A stretch of 64,000 nucleotides of DNA from contig OZ241867.1 in NCBI GenBank assembly GCA_965203175.1, forward strand, positions 1,248,001-1,312,000. Reading direction: 5' to 3'. Positions 1 through 10,291 of this stretch are shown here, in pieces. Source of the DNA: Candidatus Latescibacterota bacterium. Its GTDB lineage: Bacteria; Latescibacterota; UBA2968; UBA8231. How positions within the stretch are numbered: position 1 is the stretch's first letter; every line of letters begins with the position of its first letter. A model generated the notes under the pieces. It saw only the letters and a list, made by a program, of their open reading frames with translations. It searched no databases and was not told where the DNA came from. The position numbers were made by a program, and so were the translations under genes.

Positions 1-483
1 ATTATCGTCATTGACTTTATCGATATGAATGACGAGCGCAATCGCAAAAAGGTTGTTGACTGCTTGGTCGAGGAGTTCAAACGGGATCGGGCGAAGGTCT
101 CTATCAGCCCGCACATCAGCGAGTTCGGCCTAGTCGAAATGACTCGCCAGCGCGTCCGTCCAAACCTGTTGCACACTCACAGCGAACCTTGTCCCATTTG
201 CAGTGGCACAGGCCGGATTATGGGACCAGACACAACCCTGACTTGGATTGAGCGCTGGCTTCAGCGTTCCTATGCTGCCACCCGCGAGAGGCGATACGTG
301 TTAAAGGTCCATCCCGATGTGGCCACCTATATGCTAGAAAACCGCGAGGAACGGCTCAAGTCGTTGCGCAAGGCGACCAAAGCTCGCCTCCAAATTGAGA
401 CTGATTCCACTTTGGCTCCCCAAGACTATCGCTTCTTCTCAACCAAACGCAGCTTGGATGTGACGGCCGAGTTTCGGGTTTGA
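1..483 (+). CDS. Ribonuclease E/G family, C-terminal part (5' end outside window)
   Basis: IIVIDFIDM read from base 1; SEFGLVEMTRQRVR and CPICSGTG Zn-link motifs; lies upstream of rplU-rpmA. Confidence 0.92.
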   Translation: MIVIDFIDMNDERNRKKVVDCLVEEFKRDRAKVSISPHISEFGLVEMTRQRVRPNLLHTHSEPCPICSGTGRIMGPDTTLTWIERWLQRSYAATRERRYVLKVHPDVATYMLENREERLKSLRKATKARLQIETDSTLAPQDYRFFSTKRSLDVTAEFRV

Positions 484-508
484 CAGAAAAAATTTCGACT
501 CATATCTT
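480..508 (+). promoter_or_regulatory. sigma70-type promoter for rplU-rpmA
   Basis: TTGACA (480-485), 17 bp spacer, TATCTT (503-508). Confidence 0.65.
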
Positions 509-559
509 TAGAGGCTTCTTGGTTGATCGTGCAGCAGTCTTTTCGTAGGAGTGCAATTC

Positions 560-877
560 ATGTATGCAGTTGTCAATATCGCCGGCCATCAAGTCAAAGT
601 CGACAAGGGTCAGAGTCTGCGCGTACCCCGGCTTCAGGCCGAAGAGGGTAGCACTCAGGAATTTACCGACGTACTGCTAGTTTCCGGCGATGACGAGACT
701 ATGGTTGGCAGCCCCACGGTCGAGGGGGCCAGTGTTTCGGCGACCATCGTCGGCCACGGCCGCGGCGACAAGATCGTCGTTTTTAAGAAGAAGCGGCGCA
801 AAAAATACCGGCGGCGCACTGGCCACCGCCAGGATTACACCGAGATTCGGGTCGAGGACATCGTTCTCCCGAACTGA
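560..877 (+). CDS. rplU: 50S ribosomal protein L21
   Basis: [14 protein letters not shown]...[19 protein letters not shown]; ATG at 560 preferred over GTG at 551. Confidence 0.97.
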   Translation: MYAVVNIAGHQVKVDKGQSLRVPRLQAEEGSTQEFTDVLLVSGDDETMVGSPTVEGASVSATIVGHGRGDKIVVFKKKRRKKYRRRTGHRQDYTEIRVEDIVLPN

Positions 878-897
878 GTGCGAAAGGACTAAGTATT

Positions 898-1152
898 ATG
901 GCTCATAAAAAGGGCGTCGGCAGTTCTAAAAATGGGCGCGATAGCAATGCCCAACGTCTAGGCGTTAAGCGCTTTGGCGGAGAGAAGGTCAGCGCGGGCT
1001 CAATTATCGTGCGGCAACGCGGTACGCGTATCCATCCGGGCGTCAACGTCAAGAAGGGCGGAGACGATACGCTCTTCGCCACAATTGACGGGCAGGTGAA
1101 GTTTGAGGCTTTTGGCAAGAAGGGCAAGCGGGTGAGCGTCTACGCCGCCTGA
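898..1152 (+). CDS. rpmA: 50S ribosomal protein L27
   Basis: [16 protein letters not shown]...RQRGT. Confidence 0.98.
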   Translation: MAHKKGVGSSKNGRDSNAQRLGVKRFGGEKVSAGSIIVRQRGTRIHPGVNVKKGGDDTLFATIDGQVKFEAFGKKGKRVSVYAA

Positions 1153-1200
1153 GAAGGTGCGTTAATAAACCACAACTCGAATAATCCATAGTTATTGAAG

Positions 1201-1234
1201 CAGGCTCTACCGGAATGGTTGGGCCTGTTTTTTT
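1201..1234 (+). terminator. Intrinsic terminator after rpmA
   Basis: CAGGCTC...GGGCCTG stem followed by a T run. Confidence 0.7.
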
Positions 1235-1321
1235 GACTTCGTGCCTAGGTGACTGGCAGACTCCGGTCGGTCTCGTTCAGAAGTTTGCAGCCATTGGGCA
1301 CATATTATCTGCTTGGGATGA

Positions 1322-2074
1322 TCACTCCTCCAGCATCAGGTGCGATTTAGGCTCCCAGCCCAAGAGGGCTCGTGCTTTGGACATATTCATCTCGCGGTGG
1401 TCGGCGTCGCCCGATATGAAGAAGGCGTCACAGCGGCCATGTCCTGTGCACACGTAGTCTAGAGCGGCTAGATAGGCTTTGGCCAAATCTTCCTCGTCGG
1501 TAAAGTAAAGACTGCCGGGAGGGTAGTGTGGTGGATTTTTGGCTTGTTCTAGGAATTGCTCCCGGGTGCGCGGACCGGTAATGCGCAGGACTGCCAACTT
1601 CATGTCAAATTGGCGGGCAAAATAGCGGCAAATGCCCTCGGCTAGTCCCTTAGTGAAGCCGTACACACTGGGGCTATCAAGTGGTACTTCCTCTTCGGAC
1701 GGATAATAGGAGCGGGCGCGGTAGTGGGCGCTCATGGTGGAGGTGTGGACGCCTCTTTTGATACCTAGCCTCCAAGCTGTATACAGGAGCAGGTGCAGTC
1801 CCAGGCAGTTGACCGTGTAGTTATCGACGATCTGGGCCTCGGTTTGGTCTCTGTCGAAGCCGCCTTGGCCGCTCTTCATGGTCATGTTGATGAAGGCGTC
1901 CACTCCGTCTAAGGCACAGGCGAGAGCCTCCGGGTCGGCAATAGAGCCTTCGATGTATTCTACCTCGTGCCGAGGCTTGGCGATGTCCAACACGCGCAGA
2001 TCGTGATGGCGTCTAAGGTAGGGAGTAGTGCAGGTGCCGACGTGGCCGGCCCCGCCGATTAACAAAATTTTCAC
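1322..2074 (-). CDS. NAD-dependent epimerase/dehydratase (extended SDR)
   Basis: GGAGHVG Rossmann motif; YGFTK catalytic YxxxK. Confidence 0.88.
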   Translation of the reverse strand: MKILLIGGAGHVGTCTTPYLRRHHDLRVLDIAKPRHEVEYIEGSIADPEALACALDGVDAFINMTMKSGQGGFDRDQTEAQIVDNYTVNCLGLHLLLYTAWRLGIKRGVHTSTMSAHYRARSYYPSEEEVPLDSPSVYGFTKGLAEGICRYFARQFDMKLAVLRITGPRTREQFLEQAKNPPHYPPGSLYFTDEEDLAKAYLAALDYVCTGHGRCDAFFISGDADHREMNMSKARALLGWEPKSHLMLEE

Positions 2075-2242
2075 CAGTCACCTCCTCGGAGTCTTTGGAT
2101 ATGGCTGAATATTATAGGATTTCCCAACAATCGACAGCCCTAATTTAGTACTTGTGCTGGTCTCCTCCTAGATCGCCTTGCTGGTATAGGGAGGTTTTTA
2201 TACTCTTTTCCTTTGCCTTCCATCAAATAGAAGATAATGCCC

Positions 2243-3400
<1,158 letters not shown>

Positions 3401-3413
3401 GAGGAATACGGGA

Positions 3414-4283
3414 ATGAGCGTTTTAATCGACGAAAACACCAAGGTCTTCGTACAGGCAATTACGGGGTCGGAGGGATCATTTCACACTCGCCAAATGCTG
3501 GAGTACGGCACGAAAGTGGTCGGAGGGGCAACACCTGGCAAAGGCGGCCAAGAATTTGAGGGCATCCCGGTGTTTAATACGGTCGCCGAAGGCGTTGAGG
3601 CCACAGGAGCCTATGCATCAATCATCTTTGTGCCAGCCCCCTTTGCCGCTGACGCCATCATGGAAGCGGCCGATGTCGGTATAGACCTGGTCATCTGCAT
3701 CACCGAGAATATCCCCGTGAGCGATATGGTCAAAGCCTACCATTACGTCCAAGCGCGCTCTACTCGGCTGATCGGGCCTAATTGCCCGGGCATTATCTCG
3801 CCGGGGAAGTGCAAAATCGGCATTATGCCCGGTTTTATCCACCAGCCCGGCCGAGTGGGCATTATCTCGCGCAGTGGAACGTTGACCTATGAAGCCGTGG
3901 GGCAGCTTACGGAGCGGGGCCTAGGCCAGTCCACAGCCATCGGCATTGGCGGCGATCCAATCATCGGTACGCGCTTTGTGGACGCGCTGGCTCTCTTTAA
4001 GGACGACCCCGAGACCGATGCGGTCGTAATGATCGGCGAAATCGGGGGCACGGCTGAAGAAGAAGCGGCCGCCTATATCAAAGAACGCTACGACAAGCCC
4101 GTCATTGGCTTTATCGCGGGGCGCACGGCACCTCCAGGGCGGCGGATGGGACATGCAGGAGCTATTATTTCAGGTGGTAAGGGAACCGCCGAGGACAAGA
4201 TGGCGGCGATGCGGGAAGCGGGGATTCACATCTGTGAGAGTCCTGCGGAAATTGGGGAAACGGTGGAGAAGGCGCTGAGCTGA
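3414..4283 (+). CDS. sucD: Succinyl-CoA synthetase alpha subunit
   Basis: [22 protein letters not shown] phospho-His motif. Confidence 0.98.
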   Translation: MSVLIDENTKVFVQAITGSEGSFHTRQMLEYGTKVVGGATPGKGGQEFEGIPVFNTVAEGVEATGAYASIIFVPAPFAADAIMEAADVGIDLVICITENIPVSDMVKAYHYVQARSTRLIGPNCPGIISPGKCKIGIMPGFIHQPGRVGIISRSGTLTYEAVGQLTERGLGQSTAIGIGGDPIIGTRFVDALALFKDDPETDAVVMIGEIGGTAEEEAAAYIKERYDKPVIGFIAGRTAPPGRRMGHAGAIISGGKGTAEDKMAAMREAGIHICESPAEIGETVEKALS

Positions 4284-4317
4284 TTGGGAACGTTTTTCCA
4301 ACAATTCAATAATCGGG

Positions 4318-5133
4318 CTAAGAGAAATCCCTCTTAACCAGCAGCGGCATAATGGCGGGTTGGCGGCTGAGAAGCAGGAGGCCGGCAAGTAGGATTAGGC
4401 TGGCGAGGAGGGCCAAGGGCATGGGGAGATGTTGGGAGGGGCCTATGCCATTTATGCCTAGATGAGTGTGCAGGTTGACTCCAGTTATCGAAGCCAAGTT
4501 GTTGACCGCGTGGGCGAGCATGGCAGGATAGATGCTGTGAGTCCAGTAAACCAAAGCGCCGAGGAAGAGTCCAAAGAGGAAGAGGGGGATTAGTTGCCAA
4601 GGGTTGAAGTGCGAGATGGCGAAGAGCAGGGCCGAGCCGCCTAGCGCCCAACGCGGCCCATAATGGGCGTAAAGACTCGTGAACACAAGTCCGCGGAAGA
4701 GCGGCTCTTCGCAGAATGTAGGGACTAGCACTAGTGTTACCAGTCCCCTCGGGACCTCCGCCAGTCCGCGGATAATCTGAACCTCCAGTAGGTTTTTCTG
4801 AAAGGACAGTGGCATAGATAAGTCTATCCGGTCGAACAACTGGGCCAGATACAAATCGAATTCGGCGACTACGAGGCTACAGCAAACAGTCACCGGGATT
4901 GTCAGCAACAGAGTCGCAGCTGGCGTGGCATTGAACAGAAGCAGGTCTTCGGCGATTAGGCGATGACGGCGGATATAAAGGGCCACAAACCACAGCAGGG
5001 TACATTCGGCAGCAATAATACCAGCATGTAGGGATAAAAGCCCGACGATGGGCCAAACTACGAAGTGAGCCAGCAGGAGAGTAGGTAGAGTTACGCGGAG
5101 AATCTGGGAAAATTGGGGGTAGTGAGCATGCAT
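4318..5133 (-). CDS. CPBP (CAAX/Rce1-like) intramembrane metalloprotease
   Basis: EEPLFRG, FAISH, HAVNN motifs; multiple TM segments; ATG at 5133 avoids overlap with the upstream gene. Confidence 0.85.
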   Translation of the reverse strand: MHAHYPQFSQILRVTLPTLLLAHFVVWPIVGLLSLHAGIIAAECTLLWFVALYIRRHRLIAEDLLLFNATPAATLLLTIPVTVCCSLVVAEFDLYLAQLFDRIDLSMPLSFQKNLLEVQIIRGLAEVPRGLVTLVLVPTFCEEPLFRGLVFTSLYAHYGPRWALGGSALLFAISHFNPWQLIPLFLFGLFLGALVYWTHSIYPAMLAHAVNNLASITGVNLHTHLGINGIGPSQHLPMPLALLASLILLAGLLLLSRQPAIMPLLVKRDFS

Positions 5134-5164
5134 AGGGCTATTTAGAGAGTCTGCTAGGTAGTTG

Positions 5165-6106
5165 TTAAGACGCCTTTGAATGGGCAATCGCCTGTAGATA
5201 ACCCCGAGTGCGGCTGGACCAGAACAAATAACTAAAAAACAGCCCCGGGACATAGGTTTTCACAAGCCAGCGGGTCAACCAGCGAATTGGATAGTGGATC
5301 AGCGGCAACAGGGCTAGCTGGAGCGCGAGCCGCCGAGGAGAAAACGCCGAGGCCCTGATAAAGTCCAATCGAAGTACGGCGTCAAGTTCGGGATGCTTAT
5401 TTAAAAGGATGGGGATTGACTTGTTGCCGTAGGTTTGCATCAGACGGCAAAGTGGCTCCAATGAACGCAAGTGATAGTGATAGGACAGGGCTTCAGGGGC
5501 ATAATAAAGCGGAATACCCGCCAAATGGAGGCGATACCCCAATTCTAGGTCTTCGCCGCCATAAGCAGTGAGATCCTCGTCGAAAAAACCCACGCGGAGC
5601 AGGCTCGATCGGCGAACTGAGGAGTTACCGGTGACGAAGCAGTTGAAAGGTATGGGCTTATCCTCGTCGACCCTGTGGACCCCCCTCCCTTCGATATAGC
5701 GGGTCAGGGAGGTGTTGGGAATTTCACTGGCGAAGCGGACGTTGCCAACAAAAACGGCTTCCTCGTGGTTTTGATGCCGTTGGACATGGGCGCGGAGAAA
5801 ATTGGAGCCGACGATCATGTCGCTGTCGAGAAAGATGACGATCTCGCCGCTGGCGACCCGCAGTGCTGTGTTGCGGGTCCGAGCGCGGCCCTGGTTCTGT
5901 TCGTTGCGAAGCAGCCGCAATTGCAAAGGCGCAACTGCCGCATGCGACCGCTCGGAGTCCAAGTGGGGAGAAGCATCGTCCACCACGATGATTTGGATTG
6001 CCTCGTGGGGGTAATCTTGCTGAGACAGGCTCTTAAGTGCCGCTTCGAGGCGCTCAGGCTCGTCATAGGTAGGCATTACGACGCTGAGCGTCAGCGGGGC
6101 ACTCAT
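5165..6106 (-). CDS. Glycosyltransferase family 2
   Basis: SVVMPTY, VVDDAS, FLDSD, GGEDLELGYRL. Confidence 0.92.
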   Translation of the reverse strand: MSAPLTLSVVMPTYDEPERLEAALKSLSQQDYPHEAIQIIVVDDASPHLDSERSHAAVAPLQLRLLRNEQNQGRARTRNTALRVASGEIVIFLDSDMIVGSNFLRAHVQRHQNHEEAVFVGNVRFASEIPNTSLTRYIEGRGVHRVDEDKPIPFNCFVTGNSSVRRSSLLRVGFFDEDLTAYGGEDLELGYRLHLAGIPLYYAPEALSYHYHLRSLEPLCRLMQTYGNKSIPILLNKHPELDAVLRLDFIRASAFSPRRLALQLALLPLIHYPIRWLTRWLVKTYVPGLFFSYLFWSSRTRGYLQAIAHSKAS

Positions 6107-7218
6107 GCTAAGGTTGCGTAAAGCTGGGTGAGTTGGACAGATTCCCGTTCCCAGTTATAGTATTGTGCCGCCTGCAAACTCGCCTTGGCACACGCCTCTC
6201 GCTGTTCTGCATTGCCCAAAAAAGCGGCGATCTGCTCTCTAATGGCAGCTATATCGGTTGGATCGACCGTAGCTCCGGTACGCGTTTCCCGGATGATGCG
6301 CTGCATTTCAGGAAAGTTGCTGGCTAAGACCGGTAGCCCGGCCATCATATATTCAAAGAGCTTGTTGGGCAGAGAGTAGTAGAAGCTCTTGCCTGTGCCT
6401 TTGATCAGACACAGCCCCAAGTCGGCCGAGCAAGTATAATTGTGAAGTTGGTGAAAGGGCACCCGAGGAATAAAATAGACCCGATCTTCTAGGCCCGCAG
6501 CGCGGACTTGATTCCTCAGGGCCTGTTCGCTAGGGCCGTCCCCAATTAGAACTAGGGCGGCGGTAAGCCCAGCGGCGGCCTCAATTTGCTCGCGCAAACC
6601 GTTTTCGGTGAGGAAACCCCCTTGGTAGAGAACAATAGGGCGGTCATCGGGTAGTTCCAGCGTTTCGCGTATCAGGTTGCTTTGGACCTTATGGCGGAAT
6701 AGCGGCAAATTGCGCAGAACAACAACCTCGTCAAGGCGGTAACGCTCCCTGAGTGATTGGGCGATAGACCCGCTGACGGTTATGACGCGATCTATCCGTC
6801 TTATCAGCCGTCTCTCTAGCAAATGCCAGCAGGACCGCATGAGCGGTCGGTTGACCAGTGAGGATTGTTCGGTCCAAAATTCGTGCGCGTCATAGACGAT
6901 AGGCCGATCTAGTCGCTGTGCAGCCCGCACTGCTGGCCAGAGCGAGTCTAGATCGTGGGCGTGATAGGCGTCTGGATGGATATCGACTAGCAGTGGATAG
7001 GCTCGCTGCCAAAACAAAGGATAGAGGCGGCGTAGCGAGCGGCTTCGGTCTAGCTGGATCGGATGTATTTCAAAATCGTCCCATCCCTTGAGCGGGGCTG
7101 GATTGAACGAGGAAGCGACGATGACGACTTGGTGACCTGCACGGAGCAGCGAAGTGGCCTCTCGGTAGATGCGGTAGTCGAAATTCAGGTCGGTGAAGGC
7201 GACCATACAGATACGCAT
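6103..7218 (-). CDS. Glycosyltransferase family 4 (GT-B)
   Basis: YHAHD, VYDAHE, LPNKLFEYMMAGLPVLAS. Confidence 0.92.
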   Translation of the reverse strand: MRICMVAFTDLNFDYRIYREATSLLRAGHQVVIVASSFNPAPLKGWDDFEIHPIQLDRSRSLRRLYPLFWQRAYPLLVDIHPDAYHAHDLDSLWPAVRAAQRLDRPIVYDAHEFWTEQSSLVNRPLMRSCWHLLERRLIRRIDRVITVSGSIAQSLRERYRLDEVVVLRNLPLFRHKVQSNLIRETLELPDDRPIVLYQGGFLTENGLREQIEAAAGLTAALVLIGDGPSEQALRNQVRAAGLEDRVYFIPRVPFHQLHNYTCSADLGLCLIKGTGKSFYYSLPNKLFEYMMAGLPVLASNFPEMQRIIRETRTGATVDPTDIAAIREQIAAFLGNAEQREACAKASLQAAQYYNWERESVQLTQLYATLA

Positions 7219-7233
7219 GGCGTATATACAAGG

Positions 7234-7278
7234 AAAAAGAATAAAATAAAAAGCAGCCCATCTAAAAATGGGCTGCTT
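7234..7278 (-). terminator. Intrinsic terminator downstream of the putative ncRNA
   Basis: Perfect 11-bp stem AAGCAGCCCAT/ATGGGCTGCTT (7251-7278) followed on the minus strand by TTTATTTTATTCTTTTT. Confidence 0.8.
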
Positions 7279-7288
7279 ATAAAATTAA

Positions 7289-7445
7289 AGAGTATGGCGG
7301 CCAGATGGTGTGATCTTGAAACGCAAGTGAGATCCTCAAACGAGGCGGTGTGGGGAGGTAGTTTTGAAGATCTCAACGACCCGAAAAGGGAAATCCGAGC
7401 TTCGCGGATCAGGATTTTGGCCACGCTAGCGGACCGCCACACTCT
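7289..7445 (-). ncRNA. Putative structured ncRNA or leader RNA of unknown class
   Basis: 14-bp closing stem and 13-bp internal stem; three mismatches on + become G-U pairs on the minus strand; flanked by a promoter and a terminator. Confidence 0.65.
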
Positions 7446-7456
7446 ATTTAGAAACA

Positions 7457-7485
7457 AAAATACACACGCTAGATTGTGTTGTCAA
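7457..7485 (-). promoter_or_regulatory. sigma70-type promoter driving the putative ncRNA, with an operator-like site in the spacer
   Basis: Minus strand TTGACA (7485-7480), 17 bp, TATTTT (7462-7457); CACAC-N6-TTGTG at 7463-7478. Confidence 0.7.
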
Positions 7486-7522
7486 GTAGAAAAGCACAAG
7501 CATGGAAAATGATAACGAAGTC

Positions 7523-7551
7523 TTGCACACTTACAAGTGTGTGCGTATATT
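7523..7551 (+). promoter_or_regulatory. sigma70-type promoter of the XRE gene with a palindromic operator
   Basis: TTGCAC, 17 bp, TATATT; palindrome CACACTT-AC-AAGTGTG at 7526-7541. Confidence 0.65.
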
Positions 7552-7591
7552 TGACAGAGGAGATGGTTGAAAGCAATTCAGGGGGATCGCG

Positions 7592-8125
7592 ATGCAGTTT
7601 GCTGAAATGATCAAGGAGGCGCGGCTACAAGCTAAGCTAAGTCAGCAGAGATTGGCCGACCAACTCGTGACGGCGCGAAAGCCCGAGGGCGTTTGGGCAA
7701 CCTATATAGGACAAATTGAAAAGGGAGAGAAAGTTCCTTCCGACGAGGTGTGTATCAAGTTAGCCGAGGTTTTGGAGCTCGACTCCAACATCGTATTGAT
7801 TGCGGCTTATGAGGCCAAGGCGAGTTCGGAGGAGGGACGCGCGCTCTATGGCAAGATGATGCGCTCGCTGTCGGACCCAGTGGTCAATAAACTCCTATCT
7901 AGTGAAGAACCTTTGGATCCAGCCCTGTTGGGGGTGCTTTCCAACCCAGAAATAGCGGTTCTGCTCGGGGATCAACCGTGGTTAGAGGCCGTTGTCCGGG
8001 CGCGCAAGAACCAGAAGGAACGCGATGTATTGGGTCTGCTCGAGAAAGTAGAGGCGATGAACGACACACAGTGGGATACGATAATGGGCATTATAGCGAC
8101 TTGGGATTTGAAGCCGTCTAGCTGA
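7592..8125 (+). CDS. XRE-family helix-turn-helix transcriptional regulator
   Basis: IKEARLQAKLSQQRLA...YIGQIEKGEKVPS...KLAEVL. Confidence 0.85.
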   Translation: MQFAEMIKEARLQAKLSQQRLADQLVTARKPEGVWATYIGQIEKGEKVPSDEVCIKLAEVLELDSNIVLIAAYEAKASSEEGRALYGKMMRSLSDPVVNKLLSSEEPLDPALLGVLSNPEIAVLLGDQPWLEAVVRARKNQKERDVLGLLEKVEAMNDTQWDTIMGIIATWDLKPSS

Positions 8126-8191
8126 GGAGGCCGATTCGCTTAGTAGCTCAGAAAACCACCGTGCAAAGATTTAATGTCTAGTGGGAAGGAC

Positions 8192-8680
8192 TTAGAAGTC
8201 GGGTAGTTTATACTCCCCGCGCTCAATGGCTTGCTCTAACTCTTGGTGGAAGGTGCTGTCTAGGTGGGAGGTAATTTTCCAACCGCTGGAATCGCGAATA
8301 AAATAAAAGAATGGCGACGCACGCTCATCTCCTAGCGTGGAGGCATCGAAGAGTAAGTAACCTATGCGCTCGTTGATAATGCGCTCTTCGGCGATTTCGC
8401 GCCGCAGTTGCGCCTTTATCTCGGCCGGCGTCTTTTGCCGCCAGCGTTCGACAAAGCCCTGACGATCTTCTCCCTCTATTTGCGAAGAACTGAAACATTC
8501 CCAAAGCAGATCAAAGTCGCTGTTTTCTAGCGCATACTTATAGGTCTGGAAAGTCTGGACCGGATGGGAGAAGCGTTGGTCTATGTCTTCACTAGCACAG
8601 CCGTGAAGGAGGGCGAGGCAAAGAAATAGTTGTAGGGCCATAGTGCGTAGCGCAAGGATCAGTATCTTGAGCAATGTCAA
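8192..8680 (-). CDS. Hypothetical lipoprotein
   Basis: Hydrophobic N-terminus ending LLHGC (lipobox-like); start may be ATG 8641. Confidence 0.6.
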   Translation of the reverse strand: MTLLKILILALRTMALQLFLCLALLHGCASEDIDQRFSHPVQTFQTYKYALENSDFDLLWECFSSSQIEGEDRQGFVERWRQKTPAEIKAQLRREIAEERIINERIGYLLFDASTLGDERASPFFYFIRDSSGWKITSHLDSTFHQELEQAIERGEYKLPDF

Positions 8681-8721
8681 CTACTTGGTAGGAGCTAAGT
8701 CTGCGCCGCCCAAATTAGGTT

Positions 8722-9417
8722 TCAGCGCTTGGCTTTATTAACGAGTAATTCGATGGCGTCGCGCAGCCGGGCAGCTTCTTCGTATTCTTCGCAGATAACG
8801 GCCTGCTGTAGCTGATGCTGAAGCAGGCTGAGCTCGTCTTTTTCTTCTTTGGGGGGCCGTTGAGCTTCGGCCTCTTCGGCGTTCCGCTTCGGTGGACGGA
8901 TGTTCGCCGTATCTGTATCTATATTGAGCGATCTAGAAATCTGCGCCTCAAACTCGTAGAAGCGGTTCAATGTGTGTTCGAGATCCAAGTCGGTTTCCAA
9001 AGGCTCCAAGCCCACCTCATCGAGCAACGCATGAGAAGCGTAGATAGGCGAATCAGTACGCAAGGCCAAAGCGATGGCGTCGCTGGGACGTGCGTCGATG
9101 TCTTTTATTGTGTGATTCTTCTCAATGACGACCCTCGCGTAGTAGATTGAGTGGTGCACGTTGTGAATGACAACGTGACGCACATTTATCGCAAGGTTGT
9201 TGACCATAGAAGAGAGCAAGTCGTAGGAAATCGGGCGTATGGGCCCATCGTTTTCTAGCCGCATCCGAATGGCGGCGGCCTCAAATTCGCCAATGGGAAT
9301 GGGCAAGAGCCGTGGCAGTTCTCCCTCCTTCTCGCTCAACCATACCAAGGGTCTATCCTCGCGCAAATAGGGACTCACCTTGACCACGGTCATCTCGACT
9401 AAAGAGGTGTTACTCAT
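8722..9417 (-). CDS. Bifunctional nuclease (DUF151) with C-terminal UVR (UvrB/C) motif
   Basis: LPIPIGEFEAAAI, RPISYDL, DARPSDAIALALR; EEYEEAARLRDAI. Confidence 0.88.
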   Translation of the reverse strand: MSNTSLVEMTVVKVSPYLREDRPLVWLSEKEGELPRLLPIPIGEFEAAAIRMRLENDGPIRPISYDLLSSMVNNLAINVRHVVIHNVHHSIYYARVVIEKNHTIKDIDARPSDAIALALRTDSPIYASHALLDEVGLEPLETDLDLEHTLNRFYEFEAQISRSLNIDTDTANIRPPKRNAEEAEAQRPPKEEKDELSLLQHQLQQAVICEEYEEAARLRDAIELLVNKAKR

Positions 9418-10034
9418 TAATCATCCTCGTTGAGACGACTAATCTCGTCGCGAAGCCTCGCCGCCTCCTCGTATATTTCTTCGGCGACAGCTTGGCGCAT
9501 GCGTCTTTTTAGTTGTTCTAGCTGATTGACGGCTGGTGGGGAAATGATGGGATGGTCACCCTGCGATGCGGCCACAGGTTTGGCGAGGGCTTCAACGTCG
9601 GCCTTAACCCATTCGTCATCGTTAGAGCGAACGCAGCCTTCCTCTTTGAGGATTTTGATGGCGGCGTAGATCGGCGCGCGAAAGCGCAAGGCTAGGGCAA
9701 TTGCATCGCTGGGGCGTGCATCGAGAGTATGGGTCTTACCCTCATCGTCAACGAGGAGAATCTCGGCATAGTACGTTCTCTCGCGTAAGTTAAAGTCAGT
9801 GATTTCGACCCGGACTACCCGGGCATCGACATTGGCGAGAATCTGATGAGCTAGGTCATAACTGATGGGACGCGCGGGTCGCCGCTTGCTGTGGGCCATA
9901 GAAATGGCAGCCGCCTCAAAGCGGCCGATGACAATGTGCAGATAATAGTTGCCCTCGACTTCTTTGAGTACTACTTCAGGGTATAAAGATTGAGATTTGC
10001 TGCTTAAGACCTCCTTAACTTCCATCAGAACCAT
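9417..10034 (-). CDS. Bifunctional nuclease (DUF151) with C-terminal UVR motif, second paralog
   Basis: IGRFEAAAI, RPISYDL, DARPSDAIALALR; EIYEEAARLRDEI. Confidence 0.88.
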   Translation of the reverse strand: MVLMEVKEVLSSKSQSLYPEVVLKEVEGNYYLHIVIGRFEAAAISMAHSKRRPARPISYDLAHQILANVDARVVRVEITDFNLRERTYYAEILLVDDEGKTHTLDARPSDAIALALRFRAPIYAAIKILKEEGCVRSNDDEWVKADVEALAKPVAASQGDHPIISPPAVNQLEQLKRRMRQAVAEEIYEEAARLRDEISRLNEDD

Positions 10035-10079
10035 AGCGACACACTGCGTTTTAGTAGGCTACTGCCGGTTGACTTGTGA

Positions 10080-10109
10080 AATATAATACGACTTCAAAGC
10101 AGGTGTCAA
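10080..10109 (-). promoter_or_regulatory. Possible sigma70 promoter for the DUF151 operon
   Basis: Minus strand TTGACA, 18 bp, TATATT. Confidence 0.5.
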
Positions 10110-10285
10110 CCAACCTGTGACTCTTGGCCATCTGGCAGATCACCCTCTTTGATTCTCAGCTTCAGCTCGAGCTCTGCGAGTTGGCGGCCTAGTTCCCCGG
10201 TGCGCCGATTTAGGCGAGCCAAGTAGGCAAAAAGCACGATCCACACGGCCGCGAAAGCGGCAAACAAGTAGGGAAGATTTTCCAT
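10106..10285 (-). CDS. ccmD: CcmD-like heme exporter small subunit (59 aa, absent from the ORF track)
   Basis: Hand translation MENLPYLFAAFAAVWIVLFAYLARLNRRTGELGRQLAELELKL...; one TM plus coiled tail, directly after ccmC. Confidence 0.8.
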   Translation of the reverse strand: MENLPYLFAAFAAVWIVLFAYLARLNRRTGELGRQLAELELKLRIKEGDLPDGQESQVG

Positions 10286-10291
10286 AGCCTC

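Noticed and set aside
4318-5133. CPBP ('Abi') protease as a phage-defence gene
   Set aside because: The family name is historical. Its context is a glycosyltransferase operon in the core region.
7289-7445. Firm assignment as 6S RNA, SRP RNA or a known riboswitch
   Set aside because: The fold appears multibranched and I recognise no diagnostic consensus. Left unassigned pending an Rfam search.
7063-7512. 149-aa plus-strand and 90-aa minus-strand ORFs across the GT4-XRE gap
   Set aside because: They overlap the GT4 start, run through a terminator and promoter, and have no recognisable motifs. An RNA explains the region better.
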